Assembly: GCA_028023455.1 (NCBI GenBank)
Contig: JAQFVV010000002.1
Span: 14,260,001 to 14,324,000 of the forward strand
Direction of reading: 5' to 3'
Source of the DNA: Epiperipatus broadwayi
Taxonomy: Eukaryota; Animalia; Onychophora
Length of the DNA: 64,000 bases
Shown here: in pieces, positions 14,561-26,978 of the stretch
Layout of the letters: each line of letters opens with the position of its first letter
Position numbering within the stretch: position 1 is the stretch's first letter
Notes under the pieces: model-generated
The model's input: only the letters and a program-made list of their open reading frames with translations
What the model was told of the DNA's origin: nothing
Databases searched by the model: none
Translations under genes and position numbers: made by a program

Positions 14561-15026
14561 TTTTCTCTCAAAGACAAGTTTTCCTAAGAGGAGATTAAAT
14601 TTTTGCTACAAGTATTGTTCTATATGAATATCTAAAAGGAGAATTCATCTATTTTATATGCCTTTATTTAGAAAAAAAAAAAAAAGTGAAATATTTATTA
14701 AACCACTACCTGATAATACAACTATTTCTGCTGCTTAAAGAGAAGTCTGCTGTGATATAATGACTAGACAATTTTTATCAATCGTGGCCATTTTCAAGCC
14801 CTCCCCCTCATTCTTCTGCATGTACTTGATAATCCATAAAACAACAATTTTTTCTAAAATAAAATTTTGATTTCAATCTAGTTCCAAAGTGACTCATTGT
14901 TCATTGTACTGACTTCTACAAATTCATAATTAAAGGCGTATAGAAACCAGTTCCTACCTTACATGAGAGTGGTGGTGTGAAAATTACACTACAGAAATAT
15001 TATTCATTATTGGATAATCTCTAGTC

Positions 15027-18006
15027 CAGCGATACGCATGCGGCTCGCCAAGCTTTTACGTGTGGCCCAGCAATAGACTGATGGTCAACAGATGTGACAA
15101 CACACTTCTTAATTAACGAATAACCATGCGCGATTGATATTTTTTATTGACGCACTAATAATGTTATGTTTTTTTTTTTAATTTCACAGATCTGAAGAAC
15201 CTGCCAAATCTGTACTAGAAATGCCAGAGTATCTTCATATATAACTTGTATTCGCTCTCGCTCTCAATCCACTATCTTTAGCATTTTTTCTTTGATTTTA
15301 GCACCTTCAGTATTTTTTTTGCAAGGAAAAAAAATCAGTAAATATTTAAATTTAATGGTATAATAATGACGTAAATCCATCTTTTCAAGCTTCTGATTGA
15401 TTGTTTTTTTCTGTGCAAGGAAACCAATCCATGACTTCGGCAGTTGAATTTCTACATTTTGAATTTGAAAACGAAAACATAATATTCTAAGCTTTTTTTT
15501 ATTTTTATCCCACTTGTTTGTTTCTCAGATTTTAGTCAAAAAATTTACTTTTATACTAAAACATATTGATAAGGAATTCAATGAATTACTTCTGGAATTT
15601 ATAATTGGATGGTAAGCATTTATTATAATTTGACAGTGTTAGATTATTATCATCAATTATAAATAGAAATTTATTTTTTAAAAACCTTTCTGTAATCAGA
15701 CAAATTATAAATTTTCATTTTAGATACTAAACTAAAACAAAAAAAAAAAAAACTAAAACAAATATAATTGTAAAAAGACAAATATATTTACTGCAGATTG
15801 TATAGTTGACCAATCAGAAGTTTGAAATTTTAATCCAATCAATAGTCTGTGTTTTTGAAAGCAAAGTGAAACATTTATCTTTTATATGTGAATTAGCATA
15901 TACATAGACGCGTAGTATTTTATATCAAACTATAATTTAAACATCATAATGATGTCTTCAAGCAACAAACGAAAATTATCGGATGAAAATAGAATGTTTC
16001 AAGACAACTGGGAAGAGGAATATTTTGTTGTGTTGAATAACAGAGGTTCAGCAACATGTTTGATTTGTCGAGAAAGTGTCACATTAAAAAAATATAACAT
16101 TGATCGTCATTACACCACGAAACATAAAATGTTTAATGACACTTTTGCTCATGGGTCTTTAATAAGAGGTGAAAAATTAGCTTTCTTCAAGAAATCATTG
16201 CAACAGCAACAAAATGTTATGTCAGTGGCAATCTCACAAGAAGCAGTGGTGACACGAGCATTATATGGAATTTGTTATATACTTGGCAAAAATATGAAAC
16301 CATTTACGGATGCTGAAGTTGTGAAAGAATGTTTCCTAAATGCTTTGAATATATTATTTGATAAATTTAATAATAAAAATCAAATATTATTACAAATTAA
16401 GAAATTACAACTGTCAGATTCTACCTGCATTAGACATATTGAAGATATTGCAAAATATTTTTGATAATATAATAGAAGATTTGAAAAACTGCAAATATTT
16501 TAGTTTGGCTATTGATTCTAGTACTGACATTTCAGCAACATCACAATGTGCTATTCTTGTCAGATACTGTACGGAACAATTCAATTTGTGAAGATTTTTT
16601 AAAATTTCTTCCTATGAAGAATCAAACTAGAGGGAGTGATTTTCTCAATAGTATTTGTACTTTTCTGGAGAAGAATAATATTGAAATAAAAAAATTGGCT
16701 TCTGTGTGCACTGATGGATGCCCTTCAATGATTGGATCCGAAAAGGGATTTGTTTTCCTATTAAAAAAGAAATATAATCTAACAAATCTTTTATCATTTC
16801 ATTGTTTAATTCACCAAGAAAACTTGGGGGCACATATATCCATTAAAGAAGTAGTTGCTGTAATGAAAACTGTCATAAACATTGTGAATTATATTCGAGC
16901 CCGAGAATTAAACCACAGAAAATTTAAAAATCTTTTGGAAGAAATAAATAGTAATTATGATGATGTACTTTTGCATACTTCGGTGCGATGGCTAAGCAGT
17001 GGTAAAGTTTTGAATCGCTTTTTTTTATTACATCATGAAATTATTTCATTTTTACAAGAAAACAATAAAATTTGTAATGAGCTTGACAGTGATGGATGGT
17101 GGTGTCTTTTAGCTTTTTTATGTGACATCACAGAAAAACTTTGTGATCTTAATATTAGTTTGCAAGGTGAAAATAAAATTATTTCACAAATGACAAATAA
17201 AGTATTTGCTTTTGAAGAAAAACTAAATATTTATTACCAAGATATACAAAACCAAATAATCATTTTTCAACATTGACAAATGCTAAGCAAGATGGTATTG
17301 ACATTTCTTCAGAAACATATGTAATTATTTTAAATTATTTAGGTACCTTATTGAAAGAATTTAAAAGTAGATTTCAAGATTTAAGAAATATTAAGAATTG
17401 TCTTTTGCTTATAGAAAATCCCTGGCACTTAGAAATAGCAACTATTACACAATTAGCTGCATTTGGACATGATTATGTTAAGCTATTTAATGAATTTGTT
17501 GAATTTAAAAATGACACAAATTTGGAAGCCATTTTTAAAGAGAAAATGGATGGAAAGGAGTATATGGAATTTTGGAAATTAGTGCCTGAAAAATATAAAA
17601 CTAAAAAGTGTGAACAAATGTTGCTCACATTGTTTGCATCAATATATCTTTGTAAATCATCTTATTCGAAAATGAAATATGTGAAGAATGATCATAGAAA
17701 CAGACTTACTGATTTACACCTTGATGATATATTAAGAGTAGCATGTAGCATATATAAACCAGATTTATCTAAAATTGTTAAAAGTTTATCTCAATATCAA
17801 AAATCACATTGATATTTAAATAAATGTTTATATCAAATAAAAGTGTTTGTTAATTCTAAGATATAGTAAAGTGATCCACAAGCTGTGGCATGCATGAATT
17901 GAGAAGTCAGACATTTTTTTATGTGACACCAATTGGTTGCCGTGGCTCGCCTGATGTAGCACACAAATGTATGTGGCCCAGGAAAGAAAAAGGTTGAGTA
18001 TCCCTG
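15027..18006 (+). mobile_element. Near full-length hAT transposon (Buster/SPIN-like), 2980 bp
   Basis: TIRs CAGCGATACGCA / CAGGGATACTCA; perfect 8-bp TSD CTCTAGTC at 15019-15026 and 18007-18014; encloses the transposase. Confidence 0.95.
15949..17812 (+). pseudogene. hAT transposase (GTF2IRD2/EPM2AIP1/ZBED8-like family), frameshifted
   Basis: BED finger ATCLIC...RHYTTKH; FSLAIDSSTD (D1); CTDGCPSM (D2); HCLIHQENL; VRWLS; YLCKSSYS where the catalytic E appears to be K. Split over ORFs 15949-16464, 16358-16591, 16512-17276 and 17273-17812. Confidence 0.92.
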
Positions 18007-18300
18007 CTCTAGTCTAATGAATGACTAACAAAAATCATGATTTTGCTAAACTTAATTGTGGCTTTCTCAATTGGGGGGGGGGGGTAAACTTTACATACTT
18101 GTACACTTGCTGTAAGTAAAGAAAAATAGAATGAAACTTAACATATTGTGAATGTAATTAAAAGAGATAAATGTTTTTGATAAATTATAGTGCTGAAGGA
18201 TTCTAATGGTAATATTCAATAAAGCAAGTCATATATCGCATGACTTTGCTTTTTAAGCTTGTGTTACAGAAATGTTAGCACTATTTGTATGTACCTTACA

Positions 18301-19395
18301 CACCTGGGTCTCTTTTTACGCGGACTTATTTAACATGATTTTGAAGTTACGCGATTCATGTTTCACCGGAAGTAGAACTCCGATAATGCGCTATTACTTT
18401 AAATAATAAATTTTGTGCACTTACGTCATATTGAAAGTAATAGCACATTATTGGAATTCAACTTTCATCTTAGTAATTTCAATATTTTCAGTGCTTTATA
18501 ATAGTAAGATTTTATGCAATAATGAAATTAAAATCATGATTTCCACATTTTATGTATACACACATTAAATTTTACAAGATTATAATGTAAATTTGTTCAA
18601 ACATTGTGCGTGTTAATTTTGCATTTTAAATCACATTCTGTTTTTGCTTTTTAAAAAAGAACGTAATCAATTATTAATCATTTAGTGTCCGCAAGTTTAT
18701 TTTTAAAAGGTGAGTAGTAGCAGTGGGCACAATTAAATTTGACAATTAAAAATTAAAATCTGATTTTTAATTGTAATTAACAATTTAAAAATTACTTATG
18801 GCAACTTGAAATTAATGTGATGTGAAATTTGATTTTTAAATGGAATTGAAAATTAAAGGCAAAAATTTGAATTTTATTTTTAGTTGTTAGTTTCATAAAC
18901 AATTAATAAAATCATCATCTCAAAGATTAATTACTAATTGCGTTGTTACCAGAAAACCATTAACGCAACATGAGAGTGATATTAGCGCTAGTTGTATTTT
19001 CTCTTGTTGTGAAGAATCTGTTTGTTTACCAGTTTGCAAACGAACCTGTTTATCTGCAAGTGACAATAATTAAAACGTGTATAAAAAATGTAAATTACTG
19101 TAAATTATGCATAAAAATATATTGTTTTGAATAAAATTAAATATTATAGTTAAAAAAAGTTTGTCTTGTATCAATTTTTTTCAAATTTGAAATTTTTTAT
19201 TAGTCATATTTTATATCTTTTTTTTTTTGCGTGAATTTTAAAGTAATTTTACGTTGGTGCTTTGCTTTTACGCGATTTTTGAAAAATCGCAGTCCGTATC
19301 CCCCCTTTTTCAAGGTAAGTTACATCTATTTTTGCGCGATTTCGTTTGCCCGTGTTTTCTGAGTAACCTATATCACGTAAAACGAGACCCAGGTG
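18301..19395. mobile_element. Tc1/mariner (pogo/Tigger-type) non-autonomous element, copy 1
   Basis: TIR cacctgggtctc(t/g)ttttacg at both ends; TA at the right flank; highly similar to 42143-43091 but with an extra AT-rich block at ~18740-18855. Confidence 0.9.
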
Positions 19396-19539
19396 TATTA
19401 CAATTCTAATGGTATTAGAAAATCATTATATTTTAGTATTATATTCTATATGAACCGAAATAAAATAGTAAAATAAAAAGAAAAGAAAGTTGAGTGATAG
19501 AAAGAGTGTAAAAGGTAGAAATGAAAAATTTTGTATTGG

Positions 19540-19930
19540 AAACAATATTTAGCCTTGATGAACCAATATCTTATAAGTCGATATATTCTATTACTGTGCA
19601 TATTAGTTAATCTTTATATTTGAAGATTATTTTACTTTTTTCCAATTGTAGACCCTGTCAGTGCCAGCTGATGAGCCAATTTATCATATGAGGCAGTTAG
19701 GAAATACAGTCGTCTTTATATCTGAAGATTATTTTATTTTTTGCCATTTGTAAACCCCGTCAATAGCTTGAGTTTAACAGCCAATATTTTTTATTTGTAT
19801 TAGAAACTAACCTTTGATAAATTACTGTTTCTATAAAACAATAAAATATAATCCATCTTTATATCTGAGGATTGTTCAATTTTCTGCCAATTGTAGTCAC
19901 TTTCAGGGCACTCTTGAATTCAGTAACTGA
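19540..19930. repeat. Diverged ~110-140-bp tandem repeat
   Basis: tctttatat(c/t)tga(a/g)gatt...cca(a/t)ttgta occurs three times (~19612, ~19713, ~19856). Confidence 0.75.
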
Positions 19931-20249
19931 CATTTTCATTATTGTACAAAGTTTAAAAATTCATATTAAAAAAAAAAAAAGGCAAGGGAATTTATACTGA
20001 AATAAGTAATGTGAAGTAGATTAATAATTTATAATAGTATCTTACTAAGTACAATTGAAAAGTCATGGAATTGTATTTAAAGCTATATTTTGGGTTAATT
20101 TTTGAAAAAACATGAGGATAAAAACACTAAACTATAATTTAAAAAGACTAAGATGTAGCAAAACTTTTTTATTCAAAAATAATAATTTTGATGTATTATC
20201 AAGAAATATTTCACTGTTTTTAGTTTGTTTTTAATATGTGTTAGTACAT

Positions 20250-20600
20250 TTTAATCCAAGAAGAGTAATAGTCATTTTGTTTCAAAATATCATTAATTTT
20301 TCCAGGCAATTTTATTTTTATTTTTTAATGTCCCGAAACAATCAACATTGTTCCTCTGCTATTAAGATGTCTAAATCAAGGTTAAATTCTAATTTTTGCA
20401 TTAAGCCCACCCCCAATTTACTTTAATATTCCTAATATTGTCTCCTCGAAATTGCAGTTTTTCTCTTCTAAACATATTTCTGAAACATTCCATAGACTTT
20501 CATCTTTTATTAATAATACTGCTTTTTGCTCTGTATAAACATTTCAAGTTATGGATTGTCCATTAGAAGATAGAATAATCATGGTGCAAGAATATATTCT
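20250..20600 (-). mobile_element. Possible non-LTR RT fragment
   Basis: Minus strand LDILIAEEQC..FR resembles the LINE EEQxGFR motif; otherwise decayed. Confidence 0.35.
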
Positions 20601-21554
20601 CAATTTTAATATATTTTTGTTCTCATTTTTTTAACGCTAACTAATATTTATAACCAAACCATCTATATAAAGATTTTTTTAGCTAGTATTTAATTTCATT
20701 TTATATAAATAAATGCATAGTCTTTTTTCTTTTCAAAAATTACCAATTAACATATATATAATATTTTATCATACACATTCCAATGTTTCAACTGTTTTAC
20801 ATCATTACGGTCATTATCAAGGATCTACAAACAAAAAATAGATATTTATAAATATATTTAACAACATAAATCATCTTATATCAACAATATTTCATATCCC
20901 TCATAATAAAAAATATTAATAATACATAATTATATTTCACCTACATCACCCTACCCCAAACTTTTTTTATTTTTCCTTTTTTACATCATTTAAGTACAAA
21001 TCTATTTTAATGTGTAAAAAAACAAACCTAAAAAACCCCCCATTATATCGATTTAACCCACACTAATTGTCAAAAATTTATTTCATCCTCTAACCATTTA
21101 TCAAACATACCCATATCAATTATCTACATTCTAATCTATATCTTCAATACCATTTAAAAAAAAAAAAACATTCACCTTTTTTTCCCCCTTAACCATTTAC
21201 TTAATTCTATTTTAACAATCCAAAAAACAATTTTTATCAATCTTCCTTATCTATACCATTAATTCTATTTAAAACAGGATATCTTTTTATATAAAAATAT
21301 TCTATCTTCCTTTGCTTATATTTTTTAACTTTTATAACAGTTTTCTATTAACATTTGAATTTTTATCATTAAAATGTTTTATGACAACAATTATGATTTA
21401 ATTTATGATTGTTTAATGATATATAGTGAAATTATATGTGCAATATTTGATATATTGTTAGTAATATTATATTTTTTTTAAAAAGTGGAGATAAAACATT
21501 TTAAATGTTAATATACATTATAAAGAATTTGGACATAAAAATTTTAGGTACTTA

Positions 21555-21802
21555 TATTAGTCCTGTGACATGGAGCACGTATTAGACATGCACCTTTTTG
21601 CATTTAGATCAATCTGCTGATAACTTTGTGATCTGACCAAAATAATGTACACGAATCTTGTACATGATATTTTAGCAAAAATAACGTGTACATGGATCTT
21701 TTGTACAAGATATTTTTTCAAGGTTTACAAAGTTATTTTTAGGTTGAATACGTATGTGAAAAGGTGCATGTCTAATACCTGCTCCATGTCACAGGACTAA
21801 TA
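21555..21802. mobile_element. MITE with ~44-bp near-perfect TIRs (superfamily unassigned)
   Basis: tattagtcctgtgacatggagca(c/g)gtattagacatgcaccttt at both ends; a further decayed end of the same family finishes at 23242. Confidence 0.85.
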
Positions 21803-22560
21803 CTACTTTTACACAAAAAATATAGACAATTTGGAATGTAATTTACCTAAAAAAAAAAAAAAAACAGAAATATATATATATACGACATTTACATGAAAAA
21901 GTATAACAATACTAAAGATATCAATTTCACCAAAAAAAAATCACCAATCTTAAAAAGTACATTTATACACCTTTTTCCAGGGAAAAATTTAAAACATGGT
22001 GAGGAATATACATTTATAACAATACTAAACGATATTAAACAGAAATATATACAACATTTACACTAAAAAGTATACAATTTATAACTATACTAAAGATATG
22101 AATTTTAGCAAAAAAAAAAAAGTAGACGCCATTATGAACAAAAGATTACTTTCACACAAAAAAATATAAACAATTTGGAGCGTAATTTATCGACACACAC
22201 CCCCTGCCTGGTCTTTACAATTACATTTTTAACAGTAGTTAATGCCGAGCCACCATTATACAAAAAGTTGCAAATGTTGTTTTGCCATACAAAAATATTT
22301 GCCACTTTCACAGCAAAAAAATTTAAAACATGGTGTGGAAATAGACATTTATAACAATACTGAAGATACGAATTTGACCAGAAAATGGCTACATTATAAA
22401 AATTGCCTAAAATATTTTAAAAAAGCATAAAATATTTACAACATTTACACGAAAAAGTATAAAATTTATAACTACTAAAGATATGAATTTAACTATAAAA
22501 TCACTAAATTACAAAAATTGTTTAAAATATTAAAGCATAAAATATACACATACATTACTT
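21803..22560. repeat. Complex A-rich minisatellite
   Basis: acatttaca...aaaagtata...tactaaagatat at ~21884, ~22054 and ~22440; aaaatttaaaacatggtg at ~21985 and ~22318. Confidence 0.8.
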
Positions 22561-23412
22561 ATCATGCAATATATATAACAATGAATAAATGGAAGTGGTC
22601 TGTTGTACTTTAATATCTGGAGAAAATGGAGATATCAAGTAAAAAATTTTCACTTTTTCCAAAATGACAATGTGATTGCAGAATATATGGCCTGAAACAG
22701 GATTTGGTCAAAAAACAGTAATAAATAAATCTATTTTTTAAAAAAATAAAACCAAAAAAAATTTTTTTTACAAAATAAAAAAATATAAACCTTGTATTAA
22801 TAATTCATGTTGGTTGCCAATTATTTTTTATTTTGTTCATTATGGAAATGAATTCGGCCAAATATGAAGCCAGATGTTGTGATGCTTGTCGCTATTGTTT
22901 ATTAACACCATTTCGCTGAACCCCAAAGTCTTTCGATGTTTTGGGAAAGTACAGTTATTTACTTAAAATCAAATGAATTAAGCAGCAATGAAATTGAAAA
23001 TGGACAATAACTACAAAGAAAAAATGCAATGCAATTGAAATCAAGCTGTTGTCAGAATGAAATCTTAAACAAAAACTGGGGGAAAAAAAAATTGGTTTTG
23101 AGAAAGAAAAAAAACTTTTGTTACCAGATCGGATAAGAAACATGTTTTGATACGAGATCAGATTTACTTGGATTTATTTAACCTTATCGCGAATGTGAAA
23201 AGATGCAACAGGTCTAATACATGCTGGGTCACAGGACTAATACATAAGTACCAAATTGGAATATGAAAATGTTTTTCTAACATAAAAAATATAAGGAAAG
23301 GATAATAAAAAAATATTTTTATATAAAAAGATATAATCCTGTTTTAAATAGAATTAATGGTAGAGATAAGGAAGGTAGATAAAAAGTATTTGTTTTTTGG
23401 ATTGTTAAAATA

Positions 23413-23955
23413 AGCAAACAGTTTATACTTTGTGGTTAATTATGAATCAAAATATATAAAATGCGCTAACATGCACAAGCATACAAAGCTAAAAACAAAT
23501 AAAGAAAATATATATTATTATTTTAATATTATTCCATTAAATGGCTAAGCACTTTCAAGGGTCAAAGCCCTCATAATCATAGGCGTATTATAAAGTATAA
23601 TAAATTGACTCAGAGTGATGCAAATGAAATGATTACGCATTCCATTTCTTTTAAGATCGTGCCGCTCTCTGCATACCACCACTGGATTTCCCGGTTGACA
23701 TCGTGCCCAATTGAAGCGCGGTGCTGCGGAAAAACTGAACTGTGAGCAGTGTCCACCAAAGTTTTATTATAAGAATAAGTGTGTTGAGATAGCATAACTC
23801 CGAGTCAATTTATTATAGTTTATAATACGGCTATGATTATGAGGGCTTTGACCCTTGAAAGTGCTTAGCCATTTAATGGAATAGATATTAAAATAATAAT
23901 ATATATTTTCTTTATTTGTTTTTAGCTTTGTGTGCATGTTAGCGCATTTTATATA
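23413..23955. mobile_element. Fold-back insertion: 35-nt tail + ~170-bp inverted arms + 170-bp spacer
   Basis: Arms 23448-23621 / 23792-23960; 18-bp duplication ttttggattgttaaaata at 23395-23412 and 23956-23973; the empty site is preserved in the opposite arm of the large inverted duplication. Confidence 0.9.
23829..23870 (+). ncRNA. Putative type I hammerhead ribozyme, variant core (A3-U8)
   Basis: GGCT-ATGATTA-T-GAGGG(ctttga)CCCTT-GAAAG(tg)CTT-AGCC; stems I, II and III can all form; mirror copy on the minus strand at 23543-23584. Confidence 0.4.
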
Positions 23956-26573
23956 TTTTGGATTGTTAAAATAGAATTAAGTAAATGGTTAAAGGAAAGA
24001 AAAAGACGAATTTGTTTTTTAAAAAATGGTATTGAAGGTATAGATTAGAATATAGATAATTGATATGGGTATATTTGATAAATGGTTAGAGAATGATTAT
24101 CATAAGTTGTTTATAATTAGGGGTGGGTTAAATTAATATAATGGGTTTTTGTTTTTAGGTTTGTTTTTTATACATTAAAATAGATTTGTACTTAGATGAT
24201 GTAAAAAATGAAGAATAAAAAAAGTTTGGGATAGGGTGATGTAAGTAAAATATAATTATAATTAATATTTTTTATTATGAGGGATATGAAATGTTGATAT
24301 AAGAAAGATGATTTATGTTGTTAAATATATTTATAAATATGTATTTTTTGTTTGTAGATACTTGAAAATGACTTACGTAAAACAGTTGGAATGTGTATGA
24401 TAAAATATATATATATGTGTTCATTATTAATTATGAAAATAAAGTTTTTGAAAAGTAAAAAGATTATTTATTTATTTATATATTTTTGGAGAACATATAT
24501 ATTTTAAAAGAAAAAGTTGTAATTTAATTTGTTGGTGGTGAAAAATGGTATTTTATGGAGAGCAATTTCATTTTACAAACTTTTTAAATAACCTTTATTT
24601 TTAACATATATGGTTGGAAATAGAAAAGTGTAAAAAAGTATTATTTTAATATACTAATGGATGGGTATTTTCTAAAAAAACTAAGAAAAAAATTAATTAT
24701 ACTGTATTCATAAGATTAAAAATATTTTAATCAGTCAATTTTTTTGTTGTTTTATAGTTAAGAAATAAAATACTAATTTTTCTAAATCAAAAAAAAAAAG
24801 GGGGGGGGGGATTAATTCTTTGTACTAATGTTAGTGATTCAATAAATGAGAATTCAAGTAGTTATGTATTGGGGATATAAAAGATAGGGTAATAAACAAG
24901 TATTATTGATTGTTGTATTCTCAGATATTTTTAATAATACCAGCTGGGCAAGTATTAAATTAAAATAAAGTAACACTAAGGCAAACTTTAAAACTCAACA
25001 AGTTTATTTACTTGTACTGAGATAATGAGAATAATAATAAATGAAAATAATAGAGTTCACTTTATTTCGGAAAAGGGATTAATACCCGTTTGAGTGTGGG
25101 TATAGATTATCCTCACACACTATCCATACATATATGTAGTTCATATTTCTTAAGAGTTTACATTAACTAGTATTTTACACACACACAATATGATAACTTA
25201 TCAGCTGTCTTAATATCGATAATAATTAGTCTTACTTAGACTAACCACTATCATTTAATTGTACAATTAGCAGTTTATCAACAGTTCTTAATAAAACTAA
25301 TTAGCATATCTCGGCCTCATTTATTATACTGTATGCTAATTTTCTAGAGTGCACCTTTTAATAGAGATAATAATAATGTACTGTCTGCATGCAATATTTT
25401 CAATAAACTTTATTTACAATAATATATATATATGTCCAATCCATCCTCTCCACTCTAGAAAATAGTCCTTCAATCTCTCAGGCCTGCGATTTCTTACATG
25501 TCTAAGTAGAGACATATTTCTTTTCATTATGTGAGCTTGATCTGCCAGTACTGTTCCCCCATCTTTGATGTATCATCGTGTGGGTATTTACTCAATTGGT
25601 TTGACTATCAATGAGCGTTTCCATATTTTTATTATTCTGAGGAGGCATCAATAAGCTAAGCTCTTCAATTTCATTATATTCGGGTTTTGTATTGATTAGT
25701 ATGAGTTTTCCCATTAGCTATATTTAACATCACACGGATGCGACTGACTTGTCTGTTTTTCTGCTTGATTAATTTCATGACTTAAGATGCAACCTCAACA
25801 ATTTCATCAGGAATCCATATCTTTTTTTTAACAGATCTCTGACCCATATTATTTCTCCAATTTTAAATTTTCCAAAATTTACTTTGGAATTTTCTTTATC
25901 CAAAATATTTTTTCTAGTTACATTATCCACTAGCAATAGCTTTCATAAATGAATGTGACACTTTTATCACAATGCTAATTCTGCTGGTGTTATGAAAGTA
26001 GATTCACTTGAGATGAAGTGTTGGTAAAACATAGCTTCTATCATTGTTTTATTAATACCTCTAGTTGATATTTTCTTATGTGTTGTTTTAAATATTGCAC
26101 AGCTTTTTCAGCCAATCCATTTGATTCCAGATGATAGGGTAGAGTAATATCAGCCAAATATCTTTTAAACTCTAAAGAGATAAATCCAGTTCCATTGTCG
26201 AATACCAAAGTTTCAGGTAACCTTGGCTAGCAAAAACTACTTGGATGGTTCTAATGTGCACTTCGTGCTAAGGTTTGTTACAAGCTTGTACTGGGCCCAA
26301 CGTGAATAAGAATCTACAATTAAAAACAGATATCCATTCATTGAAACCAGCAAAATCTATATGAATCCTCAGCCTGATATGTTTTTTTTTTTAACTCGCT
26401 CTATGATTGAAACATCTAATTAGGCAAATCCACTGTAAGCTAGCATTTAGAGCAATGTCAGCTCAATCTCTTGATTTAATTTATTCCCTAAATATATGAT
26501 CTTGTCAAAACATTTATTTGTACAATAGCTTGCTGTGTGTGGCAATACATATAGTGAGTTTTGCCTGTTTTAA

Positions 26574-26978
26574 CAACAGCTATACACAAGCATAACAAGT
26601 GGTGGTCATGTGATGTTTATTGGCTTAAAACCAATCCTACCTAATAGGATAATGGTGTCTATGGTTATTAAAGAACCAAAGAGACCAAAATGTATGGATA
26701 CTGAACTGGGTTCAGACCCATATGACTATATAAGCTAATGGGTTTGGATTGAAAATATTAAAGTGTTTTCAGTTTAAGACATAGTTTTGTAGTTAAGTGG
26801 AGATAAAAGGTGGCTGCTGGAGGGTTGCATTAGATCCTAAGATCTAGGTGCAGTGCTCTCAAATCCAAGGCTCCTCACTGACGAAGGCCACAAGCCAGAA
26901 ACTAGTCTGGGGATATTGGATGAGTAGGTACTAAATGGGGATTTTATGCACAAGCCTTCTGGCATCCATTGATTACTC
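26574..26978 (+). mobile_element. 405-bp PLE-pLTR/retrozyme-like insert between 48-bp direct repeats
   Basis: Direct repeats at 26526-26573 and 26979-27026; the insert contains ccaat and tatataa boxes, several hairpins and a hammerhead motif. Confidence 0.7.
26863..26921 (+). ncRNA. Type I hammerhead ribozyme motif
   Basis: CCTCA-CTGACGA-A-GGC(cacaa)GCC-A-GAAAC(ta)GTC-TGGGG; stem I extended by ATCCAA/TTGGAT across an internal loop; palindromic stem III ACTAGT; predicted cleavage after C26907. Confidence 0.75.

Larger units (their letters stand above)
20700..24480. repeat. Large inverted duplication (arms ~20700-21600 and ~23190-24480)
   Basis: Left arm is the reverse complement of the right arm once the 23413-23955 insertion is removed (e.g. 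catttacttaattctattttaacaatccaaaa vs ttttggattgttaaaatagaattaagtaaatg). Confidence 0.9.

Noticed and set aside
20700-21400. Mitochondrial insertion (NUMT) suggested by the strand skew
   Set aside because: No recognisable mitochondrial gene, rRNA or tRNA; only the skew is kept as a finding.
21803-22560. CRISPR-like array (also 59220-59630 and 45445-45525)
   Set aside because: Degenerate head-to-tail satellites without unique spacers, no cas genes, eukaryotic context.
23829-23870. SECIS or kink-turn reading of ATGA...GA in the fold-back arms (also ~43187)
   Set aside because: The helix between the motifs is only ~5 bp and there is no apical AA; too short for a SECIS.
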